A stretch of 46,453 nucleotides of DNA from an uncultured Gammaproteobacteria bacterium (GCA_964652585.1 CAZZDA010000003.1:1-46453), one strand, 5' to 3'; positions 8,514-18,721 are shown, counted from the first letter of the stretch. Translations and numbers: made by a program. The notes: generated by a model not told the origin, from the sequence alone.

Positions 8514-9534
8514 TGTTAGTTTTTTGTTCTTCTACAATATTAAAAAGCTTTTCAAGACGTTTGCGCGGGTCGCCATGTTTTTTGTAGTAGGGAGAGATCA
8601 GACGTAACACGATCATATCCAGCGCGGAACGAATAAGAAACACGGGCAAGGCGCGTTGTATTTCTTCTTTTTCTTTTTTCGTACACTCTTTTAGGTAAGC
8701 ACGTAAAAATTTTTGTGGATACTTTTTTGGCAAGAGCTCTGCTGCATACGACGTCAACATCATCTCAAGCTGTAACATAAAATTTGCCACATCATGTGCG
8801 GGATGAAAATATTGAAAAGTCATAAAATCAATGATGCCAACATTTTTTGTATTTCTATTATAGATGATATTACTCGGTTGAAAATCGCCATGAACAAGTG
8901 TCCATGCACTCGGATCAGAAAAAACATGACCCTCTATCAGCGTCTCCAATTCTTTCAGATATTGTTCTACTTTTCTTGCATCTCGCGTTTTGACCTCGCG
9001 TACTTTTCTTGCCAATTTACGCAGACTCTGCCGCTCTTCCACGCTCGTGCGCTTATGAATGTATTTTGGCTTTGTATGGTGCAAGAGCGCGATCTTTTTC
9101 GCAACAAGCGCCAAAACGGTATCAAAGTGTTGTTCCCGTTTTCGGCCAAGTGCCGGAAAATCACGCAAGGTGCGTCCTAAAAACTTTGAATAAAGTACAA
9201 AATTTGCTTCCGGAAAAAAATAGACCGGCTTGGGAACGGTATAGCGTGCGACGCCGAATGTTTTCCAAAGATGTCTCCACATTTTGTAAGCTTGCAAGTT
9301 TGTACGATTCCCACGAAGCTTGACATCAACTTCCAGTCCATTTTTTTGTAAAACATTTACTCGGTAACGCGTGAGATAGCTTTCCGCTGCAAGACCTTCC
9401 TGATAATCAGCGGTGGTTGATACCACCCGATACGCACGAGGAAAGAGGCGCGATTTATGATCGCGAAAAAATGCCAACATGTACTCGGCATCAATAAAAC
9501 GTTTGTAGTCAGATTTTTTGTAAGCGCGGGACAT
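8494..9534 (-). CDS. aminoglycoside-phosphotransferase/choline-kinase-like small-molecule kinase
   Basis: IALLH, LVHGDFQPSNII, GIIDF, HDVANF. Confidence 0.85.
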   Translation of the reverse strand: MSRAYKKSDYKRFIDAEYMLAFFRDHKSRLFPRAYRVVSTTADYQEGLAAESYLTRYRVNVLQKNGLEVDVKLRGNRTNLQAYKMWRHLWKTFGVARYTVPKPVYFFPEANFVLYSKFLGRTLRDFPALGRKREQHFDTVLALVAKKIALLHHTKPKYIHKRTSVEERQSLRKLARKVREVKTRDARKVEQYLKELETLIEGHVFSDPSAWTLVHGDFQPSNIIYNRNTKNVGIIDFMTFQYFHPAHDVANFMLQLEMMLTSYAAELLPKKYPQKFLRAYLKECTKKEKEEIQRALPVFLIRSALDMIVLRLISPYYKKHGDPRKRLEKLFNIVEEQKTNIITHNS

Positions 9535-9618
9535 ATTTTTTACGGTATAATTTTCTACAATATACAGTATAGCACACGACTACAAATTTTGTGAGCTATC
9601 TGCGAGTAGCACTACTTA

Positions 9619-11136
9619 CTACGCACTGCCTTTCTTCAGTTTTCTGAGCTCTTTCTCTATTTTTTTCTTACTCACCGGCAAGTAGTGTTCTTTCGCAAAC
9701 TTCGGATGATGCTTACGGGTCAAAAACGATGAGGCCGAAGGAATGTTCCGAACAGCATGCAATTGGTCTACCGCATGCGCCACATCATACACATCGTGGC
9801 CATGACGTAAACGTATGATAGCGTCACGCCACATAGCCGCCTTCTCATATTCCAAATCTTTAGCGCTCTTACGCATCTCTGCCTCAAACTCAAGAATGAG
9901 CTGATTGAACCAGTGGGGTGGCGTACGATCTTTCAGCGGGACAGCGCGCCAAGGCTCTTGCTGTTCATTCAAGCGTCGTATATACCCCGACCGCTGCCAA
10001 TCAAATCCTTGATGTACAATACGATCATAGAGATCACGTGCTTTACGTTTTACATCGCGCGGTATGTCCGGATGATGCACAAGCGTCTCATGCAAATGCC
10101 ACGCGCCTCTCTCTACCATCTCTAAGCTCCACCAAGGCTTAGCGCTTGCCCACCAGTAATGACAGCTGTTCAGTCCTTCGTCAAGCTGCGCTCGCGATTG
10201 TTTTGTTGTTCTCTTTTTAGGATCAAGCTTTGCCACTTCCCTCAATGCCAATCGCGTAAATGCCCATTGCCATCTGTGTATAGGATTATCAGGATGGTCC
10301 CATCGTTGATACGGTACACCGCGCCGTACTTCCTCAGGATCTGATGACCAGGTACAATCCAAAAGTTTTCGCTCCTCGCGCTGTTGTATACGCTCAACCA
10401 ATTGTGATACGGTCACGAGTTTGTCCGCGTGATGATCAAGCAACGCAAAAAGTATTTTTTCAAGACCGGGGCGATGATGGCCAAATGTTTCACCGTCAAC
10501 CGCTGACACAATATACTGCTTTCCGGAAAATTCAGTTGAAAGGTACGTATTGAGCGTTTGCAATGAACGAGCATATGCTGACGCAAAATATTCGCTTAAG
10601 CGCCTATTACGCAAGACAAGAGTAAAATCACTAAGTCGTGGAAGAGTAAAAAGACGATCATGAGGTACGGTGTTGAGACGACCATTGTATGCCACCTCAT
10701 CAACAAGCATGGATGCATATCCTTCTTTTTTCAACGTTCTGGCAAGTTTGGCACTAAATCCTATTTCCGGAGAGAAAAAACTCTTCGGCTGATACACACT
10801 GCCAAAAACACGCCTGTGAAGATCATGATTCAATTGAACTTGCCGCTGTACTTCATCTGTGGGAATTAAGGGTAAAAAAGCATGGTATTTTGCCGATCCC
10901 AACAATTCTATTGTTCCTCGCTCTGCCAACGTACGAAAGCCGTCTGTCACATCGTGATACCCATATCGCATCAACTGCTCGGTCAAGGTACCGCTTATAT
11001 TAATGGTAAGTTTTCCACGTCGCGTGCGTAAAAGCCCCTTTATTAAAGGTCGGTAGCTCTCCTCAACAATCTGCTTTACTATACGCTTATCTTGGTTGGG
11101 AGGTTGATAGAAATGAAGTACAATGGACCAGAACAT
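9619..11136 (-). CDS. GH57 glycoside hydrolase with C-terminal UvrB/UvrC (UVR) coiled-coil motif
   Basis: LHFYQP, ELLGSAKYHAFLPL, nucleophile SPE, acid/base DGETFGHH, SCHYWW; tail EAEMRKSAKDLEYEKAAMWRDAI. Confidence 0.88.
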   Translation of the reverse strand: MFWSIVLHFYQPPNQDKRIVKQIVEESYRPLIKGLLRTRRGKLTINISGTLTEQLMRYGYHDVTDGFRTLAERGTIELLGSAKYHAFLPLIPTDEVQRQVQLNHDLHRRVFGSVYQPKSFFSPEIGFSAKLARTLKKEGYASMLVDEVAYNGRLNTVPHDRLFTLPRLSDFTLVLRNRRLSEYFASAYARSLQTLNTYLSTEFSGKQYIVSAVDGETFGHHRPGLEKILFALLDHHADKLVTVSQLVERIQQREERKLLDCTWSSDPEEVRRGVPYQRWDHPDNPIHRWQWAFTRLALREVAKLDPKKRTTKQSRAQLDEGLNSCHYWWASAKPWWSLEMVERGAWHLHETLVHHPDIPRDVKRKARDLYDRIVHQGFDWQRSGYIRRLNEQQEPWRAVPLKDRTPPHWFNQLILEFEAEMRKSAKDLEYEKAAMWRDAIIRLRHGHDVYDVAHAVDQLHAVRNIPSASSFLTRKHHPKFAKEHYLPVSKKKIEKELRKLKKGSA

Positions 11137-11138
11137 AT

Positions 11139-11206
11139 TTTCTCGTAGCTTAGAACTTGAAACCCGTAACGTAAGAGAGGTTATGAGTTATGAGTTATGA
11201 GTTATG
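11139..11206. repeat. second copy of the intergenic repeat cassette
   Basis: 53 bp identical to 8446-8498; left part matches 12706-12731. Confidence 0.9.
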
Positions 11207-12703
11207 TGATTTGCGCTTCTTTATCGCCTTACGATAGAGTGCCACATATTTCTTAGCCGGAAGCTCCCATGAAAATGACTGCTGCATGCCTTTCCACACA
11301 AGATGCACCCATACGGCAGGATATTTATAGGTTTCCAAGGCGCGTGTAACCGCAACAAGAAAATATTCACGCGTGTACGCTGGAAAAACGAAGCCATTCC
11401 CCCGACCGGTCTTTGGATTAAAATTTGTTACCGTATCTGACAGCCCGCCCGTCTCATGTACAATTGGCACTGAGCCGTAGCGCAAAGATTTGAGTTGTGA
11501 GATACCGCACGGTTCATACCGAGACGGCATAAGAAACATATCGGATCCCGCATTGATGCGTGATTCCCTCTCGTGGGTAAAGGGTGTTAAAAGCGCGAAT
11601 TTTTTTGGATATTTTTTTTGGATACCGCGAAAGTAATCACGAAATTCTTTTTCCCCTTCTCCTAAAATAATCATTTGCAACCTTTGTCGTAGAAGCAACT
11701 CTATAGTCTCTTTTACCAAATGCAATCCTTTTTGTTCAACGAGACGATTCACCATGCCAATAAGAGGAATGTCATTGGCAACGGTAAAGCCAACACGCCG
11801 CTGAAGCGCCCGCTTGTTGCGCAGTTTTTTATTAAGTGAATTCCAATCAAATTTTTGCGCAATATTTTTATCAAACATGGGATTATGCACGCTGTAGTCA
11901 ATGCCGTTAATTATGCCGTATAAGTCTTTTTTTCGTTTTTGTAAGGTATTTTCAAGTTTTTGTCCAAATTCAGGCAGTAAAATTTCTTGCGCATATCGCT
12001 CAGATACCGTATTCAAAACATCAGCCTGAATAATCCCCCGTTTCATGAAATTAATATAGGGTATGCGCCGCATCTCCTGTGGAATACCATTTGATCCCCG
12101 ATCTCTTTTTGCCGGAGGAATTTTCCACCATGCGCCACCCATTTGATACGAGAGGTTATGCAAGGTATACAAAACCGGCATATGGCGCAGGTAGGGATCT
12201 TTACTGGTACGTAAAGCATTTGGCAAAAGACCGCCTTGCCAATCATGCGCATGCACAACATCAAATGTTTTTTCCTCTTTTGCCAGCTCACGAAGAAGTT
12301 CTTTTGCCGCAAGAGTAAAAAAGAGAAAACGCAAGTTGTCATGATCAGTGTTATACAGCCGCATATTATCTCTCCGTTCATTGGTGTTACGAAAGCTGTA
12401 TCGCCCGAAAAATTCTTCATTGCCGATAAAAAAAACCGTCAGTCCTTTATATGGCTGCGTATATTTAATTCGACACGGATATTCTTTTTTTCCTACGTCA
12501 ATATACATCCTCTCCTTATACACACCCTTTGCCACATTCTGCTGACGCACAAAACCGTAATATGGTAACACAAGTGAAACGTTATGTCCTTTGCGCACCA
12601 ACTCTTTAGAAAGTGATTGTATGACGTCAGCAAGACCGCCCGTTTTCGCGTACGGCGTCGTCTCGGAAGCGATCATGAAAATAGAGAGTGGTTTTGAAGA
12701 CAT
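11195..12703 (-). CDS. glgA: glycogen/starch synthase (GT5), copy 2
   Basis: SETTPYAKTGGLADV, HAHDWQ, GIINGID, MPSRYEPCGISQL, TGGLSDT. Confidence 0.93.
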   Translation of the reverse strand: MSSKPLSIFMIASETTPYAKTGGLADVIQSLSKELVRKGHNVSLVLPYYGFVRQQNVAKGVYKERMYIDVGKKEYPCRIKYTQPYKGLTVFFIGNEEFFGRYSFRNTNERRDNMRLYNTDHDNLRFLFFTLAAKELLRELAKEEKTFDVVHAHDWQGGLLPNALRTSKDPYLRHMPVLYTLHNLSYQMGGAWWKIPPAKRDRGSNGIPQEMRRIPYINFMKRGIIQADVLNTVSERYAQEILLPEFGQKLENTLQKRKKDLYGIINGIDYSVHNPMFDKNIAQKFDWNSLNKKLRNKRALQRRVGFTVANDIPLIGMVNRLVEQKGLHLVKETIELLLRQRLQMIILGEGEKEFRDYFRGIQKKYPKKFALLTPFTHERESRINAGSDMFLMPSRYEPCGISQLKSLRYGSVPIVHETGGLSDTVTNFNPKTGRGNGFVFPAYTREYFLVAVTRALETYKYPAVWVHLVWKGMQQSFSWELPAKKYVALYRKAIKKRKSHNS

Positions 12704-12705
12704 AA

Positions 12706-12752
12706 TTTCTCGTAACTTAGAACTTGAAACCTACAACAAGGAGAGGGTTATG
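12706..12752. repeat. third, diverged copy of the intergenic cassette
   Basis: TTTCTCGTAACTTAGAACTTGAAACC matches 11139-11164 with one mismatch, then GAGAGGGTTATG. Confidence 0.75.
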
Positions 12753-13227
12753 TATGATGTGTTTGTGAGTGTGCCGCAGTTATTGCTACTGCGAGTCCGT
12801 CCGCCGCATCATCCGGCTTAGGAATACTCTTAAGATGTAATATTGTTTTTACCATTTCTTGCATTTGCCGCTTATCAGCTCTTCCATAACCGGTGAGTGC
12901 TTGTTTAATTTGTAAAGGTGTAAATTCTACGAGGGGCAATTTTTTTTGCGCGCACGTGAGCAAGATACAGCCGCGTGCCTGTCCTACGGCAAATGCCGTT
13001 TTTGCATTCGCCGCAAAAAATAACTCTTCAACAGCAACACGATCCGGCTTATGGAGATTCAAGAGAGCAAGCAATTCTTTATGTAAAGATTCTAAACGTT
13101 CCGGAAACGGTTGTATAGCCCTCGTCAGAATACAGCCATGCGCAACATGCTCCAATGTACCGCGTATATAGGTGATCACCCCATAGCCGGTTGTTGCAAT
13201 TCCCGGATCAATCCCTAATATTCTCAT
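12748..13227 (-). CDS. ruvC: Holliday junction resolvase RuvC
   Basis: MRILGIDPG, VAVEELFF, VGQARG, TGYGRADKRQ, PDDAADGLAVA. Confidence 0.97.
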   Translation of the reverse strand: MRILGIDPGIATTGYGVITYIRGTLEHVAHGCILTRAIQPFPERLESLHKELLALLNLHKPDRVAVEELFFAANAKTAFAVGQARGCILLTCAQKKLPLVEFTPLQIKQALTGYGRADKRQMQEMVKTILHLKSIPKPDDAADGLAVAITAAHSQTHHT

Positions 13228-13264
13228 AACTTAGAATGTATCATACGATTATGCAAGATGTGAG

Positions 13265-13999
13265 TTATGAGAATTTCAAGTTCGTATAAATTTCTTGTAC
13301 ATCGGAGAGGTCGTCTAGCGCATCAAAAATTTTTTCTATTTTTTCTTTTTTTGCCGCATCGGTTAGCACTACCTCTTCCTTGGAAATATACTCCAGTCCC
13401 GCACTCTCAACAACAATACCTCGTTTCGTTAGCGCTTGCTGCAATTCATGTAATTTGTCGCTTTCCGTAAACAATACAAGCCATTCTTTTTCTTCACTTG
13501 CATCTTCCGCGCCTAGCTCCAACACTTCCAGCAAGAAAGAATCTTTGTCGGCAATTTTTTCCTGCGGTACTGAAACACGCACCACTCCTTTTCTTTCATA
13601 TTGCCATGCAACACTATTGGGGCCGCCTAGCGAGCCGCCGTTCTTGGTAAGTGTGTGTTTCACGTCAGCAACTGTACGATTACGATTGTCGGTCAAAGTT
13701 TCAATAAGTACAGTCGCTCCATCAGGCAAAAACCCTTCATAGAGTATTTCTTCCAACTGCGCGTCATCCCCTTCTCCCGTACCACGCTTGACAGCTCGTT
13801 CAATATTATCTTTGGGCATATTGCCCTTCTTTGCCTTCTCAATCGCAAGTCTAAGTTTGAAATTTGTATCAGAATCCCCGCCACCTTCACGCGCTGCTAT
13901 AGTGATAACATTTGCAAGCTTCGTAAAAAGAGCGCCGCGTTTTGCGTCAGCTGCGCCTTTCTGATGTCGTATAGAATGCCATTTTGAATGACCGGACAC
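13265..13999 (-). CDS. yebC: YebC/PmpR family protein
   Basis: MSGHSKW, NMPKDNIERA, YEG, TDNRNRT; canonical yebC-ruvC order. Confidence 0.97.
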   Translation of the reverse strand: MSGHSKWHSIRHQKGAADAKRGALFTKLANVITIAAREGGGDSDTNFKLRLAIEKAKKGNMPKDNIERAVKRGTGEGDDAQLEEILYEGFLPDGATVLIETLTDNRNRTVADVKHTLTKNGGSLGGPNSVAWQYERKGVVRVSVPQEKIADKDSFLLEVLELGAEDASEEKEWLVLFTESDKLHELQQALTKRGIVVESAGLEYISKEEVVLTDAAKKEKIEKIFDALDDLSDVQEIYTNLKFS

Positions 14000-14121
14000 A
14001 AATTCTTAGAACTCATAACCTACAACTCATAACCCAAAATTGCAAGTTGCAAATTATTATAATGGAGATAAAATACTTGCATAGCGTAGCATTTTATAGT
14101 TGAAAAATCAAGGTTTTTAAC

Positions 14122-14150
14122 TTGTACAAAGCGGCATGAGTTGCTACAAT
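14122..14150 (+). promoter_or_regulatory. sigma70 promoter of the glycosylation cluster
   Basis: TTGTAC 14122-14127, 17 bp, TGc-TACAAT 14145-14150. Confidence 0.6.
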
Positions 14151-14177
14151 AATGTCTATATTACTATAACCGTTTCT

Positions 14178-15155
14178 ATGCAAAATATTATCACCAATTT
14201 TCCTGAGCAGTTGCTCTATCTCCCTCATATAGACAATAATTCTAAGCTGCCAAAAAAGAGATTTTCTAATATTATAGTATGTGGTATGGGGGGGTCAGCT
14301 CTCCCCGGTGAAATACTTCGTATGTATTTGAAAAATGCGGGGCTACTTGCCGACATACCGGTTCATCTCAACCGCACCTATACCCTGCCGCAAGAGGCAA
14401 ATCACCACAGTCTTATCATAGCTATTTCTTATTCGGGAAATACAGAAGAAACGCTTGCTTCCTATACTGACGCAAAAAAACGAAAAGTACCAATTGTTGG
14501 CATTGCATCGGGGGGAAAACTGCAGCAACGCTGCAAAAAAGATTCCGTGCCATTTATTCCAATTCCTTCAGGATATCAGCCACGCATGGCATTGGGATTT
14601 TTTGTTTCAGCACTTGCGGTACTTTTAGAAGAGATCAATATGGTCAAGCACGCAAGCTCCGATCTGCAAGAGACCGCTCCTTTTCTCACCAACAACATGT
14701 CAAGCTATAAAAGAAAAGGAAATACACTAGCACAAAACATAGGAAAAAGTATTCCAATTGTCTATAGCTCGCATACCCATAAAATGCTCGCTATTATGTG
14801 GAAAATTAATTTTAATGAGAATGCAAAGATCCAATCTTTTTTTAACGCTTTCCCCGAACTCAATCATAACGAGATGGTAGGATTTACCAACATGATAGGC
14901 AGCTATCATTTTCTCATTTTGGAAGACGGTCAAGAAGATGCGCGCATTAAAAGACGTATGCAGCTATTCGCACAATTTATGCGCAAGAGAAAAGTACCGA
15001 CAACGATGATACCACTTGTCGGTAAGACTTTTTTGGAAAAAACGTTTTCTTCTATTCTGACTTCTCTTTGGACCTCGTATTTTCTCGCAACCAACATCTA
15101 CCATATTGACCCTATTCCTGTTGATATGGTTGAGGAATTTAAGAAAAAGTTATGA
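14178..15155 (+). CDS. bifunctional phosphoglucose/phosphomannose isomerase (SIS fold)
   Basis: CGMGGSA, SYSGNTEET, QPRMA, WKINFNENAK, FPELNHNE. The ORF-track ATG at 14136 lies inside the promoter. Confidence 0.92.
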   Translation: MQNIITNFPEQLLYLPHIDNNSKLPKKRFSNIIVCGMGGSALPGEILRMYLKNAGLLADIPVHLNRTYTLPQEANHHSLIIAISYSGNTEETLASYTDAKKRKVPIVGIASGGKLQQRCKKDSVPFIPIPSGYQPRMALGFFVSALAVLLEEINMVKHASSDLQETAPFLTNNMSSYKRKGNTLAQNIGKSIPIVYSSHTHKMLAIMWKINFNENAKIQSFFNAFPELNHNEMVGFTNMIGSYHFLILEDGQEDARIKRRMQLFAQFMRKRKVPTTMIPLVGKTFLEKTFSSILTSLWTSYFLATNIYHIDPIPVDMVEEFKKKL

Positions 15156-16102
15156 AACCGCAAAGCAAAAAACTCATCTGGTTCTTAAAACTCTTGCTTG
15201 GCATAGGATTTATTGCACTCATTATACACCAAGTAAGTTTACAAGAATTACGTACTACTTTTTCAAATGTAGAGTGGTTATGGGTAGGCATTGTGGGAAT
15301 AGGAGTATATGGAACTATACTTATCAGCATCTATCGTTGGCAATACCTTTTACAACCTTTTACTAATACTTCTTATGTTCTGCTCTATAAGTTTTTTTTT
15401 ATAGGACTTTTTTTTAGTACCTTTTTACCAACAAATTTTGGAGGAGATGGTATACGCACCTGGTATCTCAAGAAAGAAGAGCACATACCCTTTCCGGAAT
15501 CACTTGCCGCAACGTTTATGGAGCGATTTACCGGACTTCTGAGCGTTATTATATTATTACTAATTGGCATGATTTTGAACTGGCAGGCGTTACGTCAAGT
15601 TAATGTACAATTCTACGTACTGACAATTGTCATAGCATGCACCTCGCTAACCGGTGTCTTTTTTATTCCTCGTGTACAAATACTTATCAAAAAGATCTGC
15701 ACTATACATACGAACACCTTTACAAAAAAACTCTCTTTGTTTCTCGCAGCACTAAGACTCTATACAAAGAACATGTCAGTATTTATTGTTGGTCTTGTTC
15801 TTTCGCTTTTTGTTAATACTACAGCTCTCTTCGTTCTTTATGTAAGTTTGCTTGCGTTTCATACCACGCCATCTGTGGCATCGCTCTTTATCATTGTACC
15901 ACTTTCCTACCTTATCAGTATTATTCCCCTTACACCAAATGGACTTGGTGTGACAGAAGGGGTATTCGTGTTATTTTTTAGTTGGTTTGGTGTCGCCGCA
16001 GGTGTAGCACTCGGTGCAGCACTTATTTTTCGTTTTGTTCGTATTTTCTTTAACAGCATAGGATTTTTTCACTATCTTTCATTCAGACCAACAACTATCT
16101 AA
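15152..16102 (+). CDS. flippase-like membrane protein (lysylphosphatidylglycerol synthase TM / UPF0104)
   Basis: RWQYLL, FLPTNFGGDGIR, ERFTGL, IPLTPNGLGVTE. Confidence 0.85.
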   Translation: MKPQSKKLIWFLKLLLGIGFIALIIHQVSLQELRTTFSNVEWLWVGIVGIGVYGTILISIYRWQYLLQPFTNTSYVLLYKFFFIGLFFSTFLPTNFGGDGIRTWYLKKEEHIPFPESLAATFMERFTGLLSVIILLLIGMILNWQALRQVNVQFYVLTIVIACTSLTGVFFIPRVQILIKKICTIHTNTFTKKLSLFLAALRLYTKNMSVFIVGLVLSLFVNTTALFVLYVSLLAFHTTPSVASLFIIVPLSYLISIIPLTPNGLGVTEGVFVLFFSWFGVAAGVALGAALIFRFVRIFFNSIGFFHYLSFRPTTI

Positions 16103-16115
16103 TATTGCTACCTCT

Positions 16116-17051
16116 ATGAAGCTTGTTATCATTATTCCGGCGTTTAACGAAGAGACTACCATAGCACAGGTTGTTCAACAGATACCAAGAAGCATTGACG
16201 GTATAGATAGTATAGAGATACTGGTGATAAATGACGGATCAACAGATCGCACAGCAAAACAAGCACGAGATGCAGGGTCAGTAGTCTACACACATATGCC
16301 AAACCGAGGTCTTTCTTGCACATTTCAACAGGGAGTATCATGCGCTCTTGCGCATAGCGCAGATATTATTGTCAACATTGATGCAGATTTACAACATAAT
16401 CCAAAAGATATTCCCAATCTCGTAGCGCCTTTGGTGAAAAAACAAGCAGAACTCTCAATTGGTGTGAGGAAAATTGACGATGATAAAGAAATGTATTGGG
16501 GAAACCGCTACGGCAACAAAATAGGCAACTGGGTGCTTTGGAAGCTTACGGGAGAAAAGCTCCTAGATGCCTCAAGTGGTTTTCGCGCATTCACGCGAGA
16601 AGTCGCACTCAACTTGCATATACGCTCCAACCACACCTATACTCACGAAATGTTGATTCAAACTATTTTCAAAGATTTTCCAATCGCGCAAGTGCCTATT
16701 ACCTCACAAAAACGTATTGCGGGAAGCTCAAAACTCATAAAAACACTTCCTTCGCATATTCGTGAATCGCTAAAAATAATTCTCCGTACGGTGGTTACCT
16801 ACAAACCTTTTAAAACATTTCTTCTTATGGGTGGAGGCATTGCCACGTTGGGAGTACTTTTGGCACTGCGTTATCTCTGGCTTGTTTTTCATGAATCTAG
16901 CGGACATCTTCCCTCACTTCTCTTAAGCGCCGTATTATTACTCATTGGCTTTATGACGGTTGTATTAGGCGTTCTTGCCGATCTTCTTGCTACCAATAGA
17001 AAAATACAAGAGGAGACACTCTACAATATCAAAAAGAAACTACATCGTTAG
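16116..17051 (+). CDS. GT2 DPM1-like polyprenol-phosphate glycosyltransferase with two C-terminal TMs
   Basis: IIPAFNEE, VINDGSTD, IDADLQH, DASSGFRA. Confidence 0.9.
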   Translation: MKLVIIIPAFNEETTIAQVVQQIPRSIDGIDSIEILVINDGSTDRTAKQARDAGSVVYTHMPNRGLSCTFQQGVSCALAHSADIIVNIDADLQHNPKDIPNLVAPLVKKQAELSIGVRKIDDDKEMYWGNRYGNKIGNWVLWKLTGEKLLDASSGFRAFTREVALNLHIRSNHTYTHEMLIQTIFKDFPIAQVPITSQKRIAGSSKLIKTLPSHIRESLKIILRTVVTYKPFKTFLLMGGGIATLGVLLALRYLWLVFHESSGHLPSLLLSAVLLLIGFMTVVLGVLADLLATNRKIQEETLYNIKKKLHR

Positions 17052-17055
17052 TTGT

Positions 17056-18714
17056 ATGATTGCCACATTAGTACAACGGTTTCGCGAAACATATCGCCAG
17101 CTTACATACAGCACCATTCACATTTCTCGCAACACAGCACGGTACCTTCCCTTTCTCTCAAAATATTGGGAGAGTATTGTTATTGGTATTGTTGCTATCA
17201 CACTTTTTGTGACACTCTTTCACATAGCGCTCTTTACACAAGGTTTTCTTATTGGCGATAGTGCGTTTAACAGAATTGTGGTCACCGAAATAGTAGATAC
17301 ACAATCCTTGACCTACACTGATTCTCTATTCGGCGAAGACACACTCTATCTTTTTTACCCAAAACTCTTTTTTATTGCCGCCGCTTTCTTCGACATTCTT
17401 TTTCATCCCTATGGTGTAGAAGTATTTGAAACATTTGTCTATACATTACTTACACTTTCTCTTTTGTTTTTAGGCAAGAAGATCGTAGGGCGCTCAACAT
17501 ATCTGCTCATAGTACCGTTTTTACTCATGCGCTGGCCATTTTGGTATTATTTTAATTTTTACAAAGCGGAATCATTGCTCTTTGTTTTTTCAATGCTATT
17601 CATCACCACACTACTTGCTTATTTGAATGACAAAAAAATCAGATGGGTCATCCTCGCAAGCATTTTTCTTGCCGCTGCACTCGGCACTAAGCAAACCGCC
17701 TTTATTCTCCTGCCTCTTACTGCATTTTTTTTCGCTTTGTTGTTTATACAAAAAGATCACAAAGCCATCCGTACCATAGCCACGCTTATTCTGTGTACCT
17801 TTGTACTTACAGCGCCGGTACTTGGTTTACAATTTGCAACTACCGGAACCATTGGTTACTACGGAACTCCTCTACCGCTTCTTCATTCTCTTGAAGTATG
17901 GCTGTCTGACATCTTTTCACTTACAGCTCCAAACACAGAACGAATGCTCTCCTATACGCTTTCTACGCAACTTCATTATTTTCTACTCGAAGCGGAATCG
18001 ATCATAAACTTTTTTGCGAGTATTACGCTCAACGCATCAGCACAGACATTTATTGTATCAAGTATTCCCTTACTCCTACTTGCACTGTTTATCGCGCTCA
18101 AGAAAAAAGATATTCCCATACTATTTCTCGCAGTTTATATATTTTTATTTTTGAGTGTATTTTTTTTCAAAATTCATTCATATTATTATTTTTATATTGT
18201 TGGGCTTTTGGCAAGTATTTATTACACCTATCTCATAAAAAGCATTTCCTCTTATCCAAGAAAAATATTGGTAAGTGTTATGGTATTGAGCATCCTCCTT
18301 CTTAATATACCGCCCATTGTACAAGGTATAGGATCGCAGCGCCCTTTCATCAAGAGCTATCAAGACATGGGTCAATACGCGCAACAAAATTTTCCACATA
18401 GTAGCAAGGCGCTTAGCAACAGGTGTTCCGAATTTATGCTCTACGCGCAAAAACCGTGCAGGCAAATACAAAGTGCGATGCATAATGCACAAGGCGCGCA
18501 TGACACCGAGAACATAAAAAAATATATGAGAGGATATGGCTTCACACACATTTTTGCAGACAAAAAATTTGTGCATTTTAATACACAGCCAAATGAATAC
18601 ACCTTCCTTTCGTCACAACTACTAAGCGCTTTGCAAAGTGATACTGATTTTCAAGAAGTGTATAAAAGCGATGATCTTATTTTATTTTCTCTGTCCGAAA
18701 CGGACAGTTCGTAA
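17056..18714 (+). CDS. GT-C fold (ArnT/PMT-like) membrane glycosyltransferase
   Basis: Many TMs, GD in the first loop, YPKLF, ALGTKQ, soluble C-terminal tail. Confidence 0.65.
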   Translation: MIATLVQRFRETYRQLTYSTIHISRNTARYLPFLSKYWESIVIGIVAITLFVTLFHIALFTQGFLIGDSAFNRIVVTEIVDTQSLTYTDSLFGEDTLYLFYPKLFFIAAAFFDILFHPYGVEVFETFVYTLLTLSLLFLGKKIVGRSTYLLIVPFLLMRWPFWYYFNFYKAESLLFVFSMLFITTLLAYLNDKKIRWVILASIFLAAALGTKQTAFILLPLTAFFFALLFIQKDHKAIRTIATLILCTFVLTAPVLGLQFATTGTIGYYGTPLPLLHSLEVWLSDIFSLTAPNTERMLSYTLSTQLHYFLLEAESIINFFASITLNASAQTFIVSSIPLLLLALFIALKKKDIPILFLAVYIFLFLSVFFFKIHSYYYFYIVGLLASIYYTYLIKSISSYPRKILVSVMVLSILLLNIPPIVQGIGSQRPFIKSYQDMGQYAQQNFPHSSKALSNRCSEFMLYAQKPCRQIQSAMHNAQGAHDTENIKKYMRGYGFTHIFADKKFVHFNTQPNEYTFLSSQLLSALQSDTDFQEVYKSDDLILFSLSETDSS

Positions 18715-18721
18715 CGCATAG

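Noticed and set aside
12748-13227. RuvC as a Cas or TnpB nuclease
   Set aside because: It is a canonical 159-aa resolvase next to yebC
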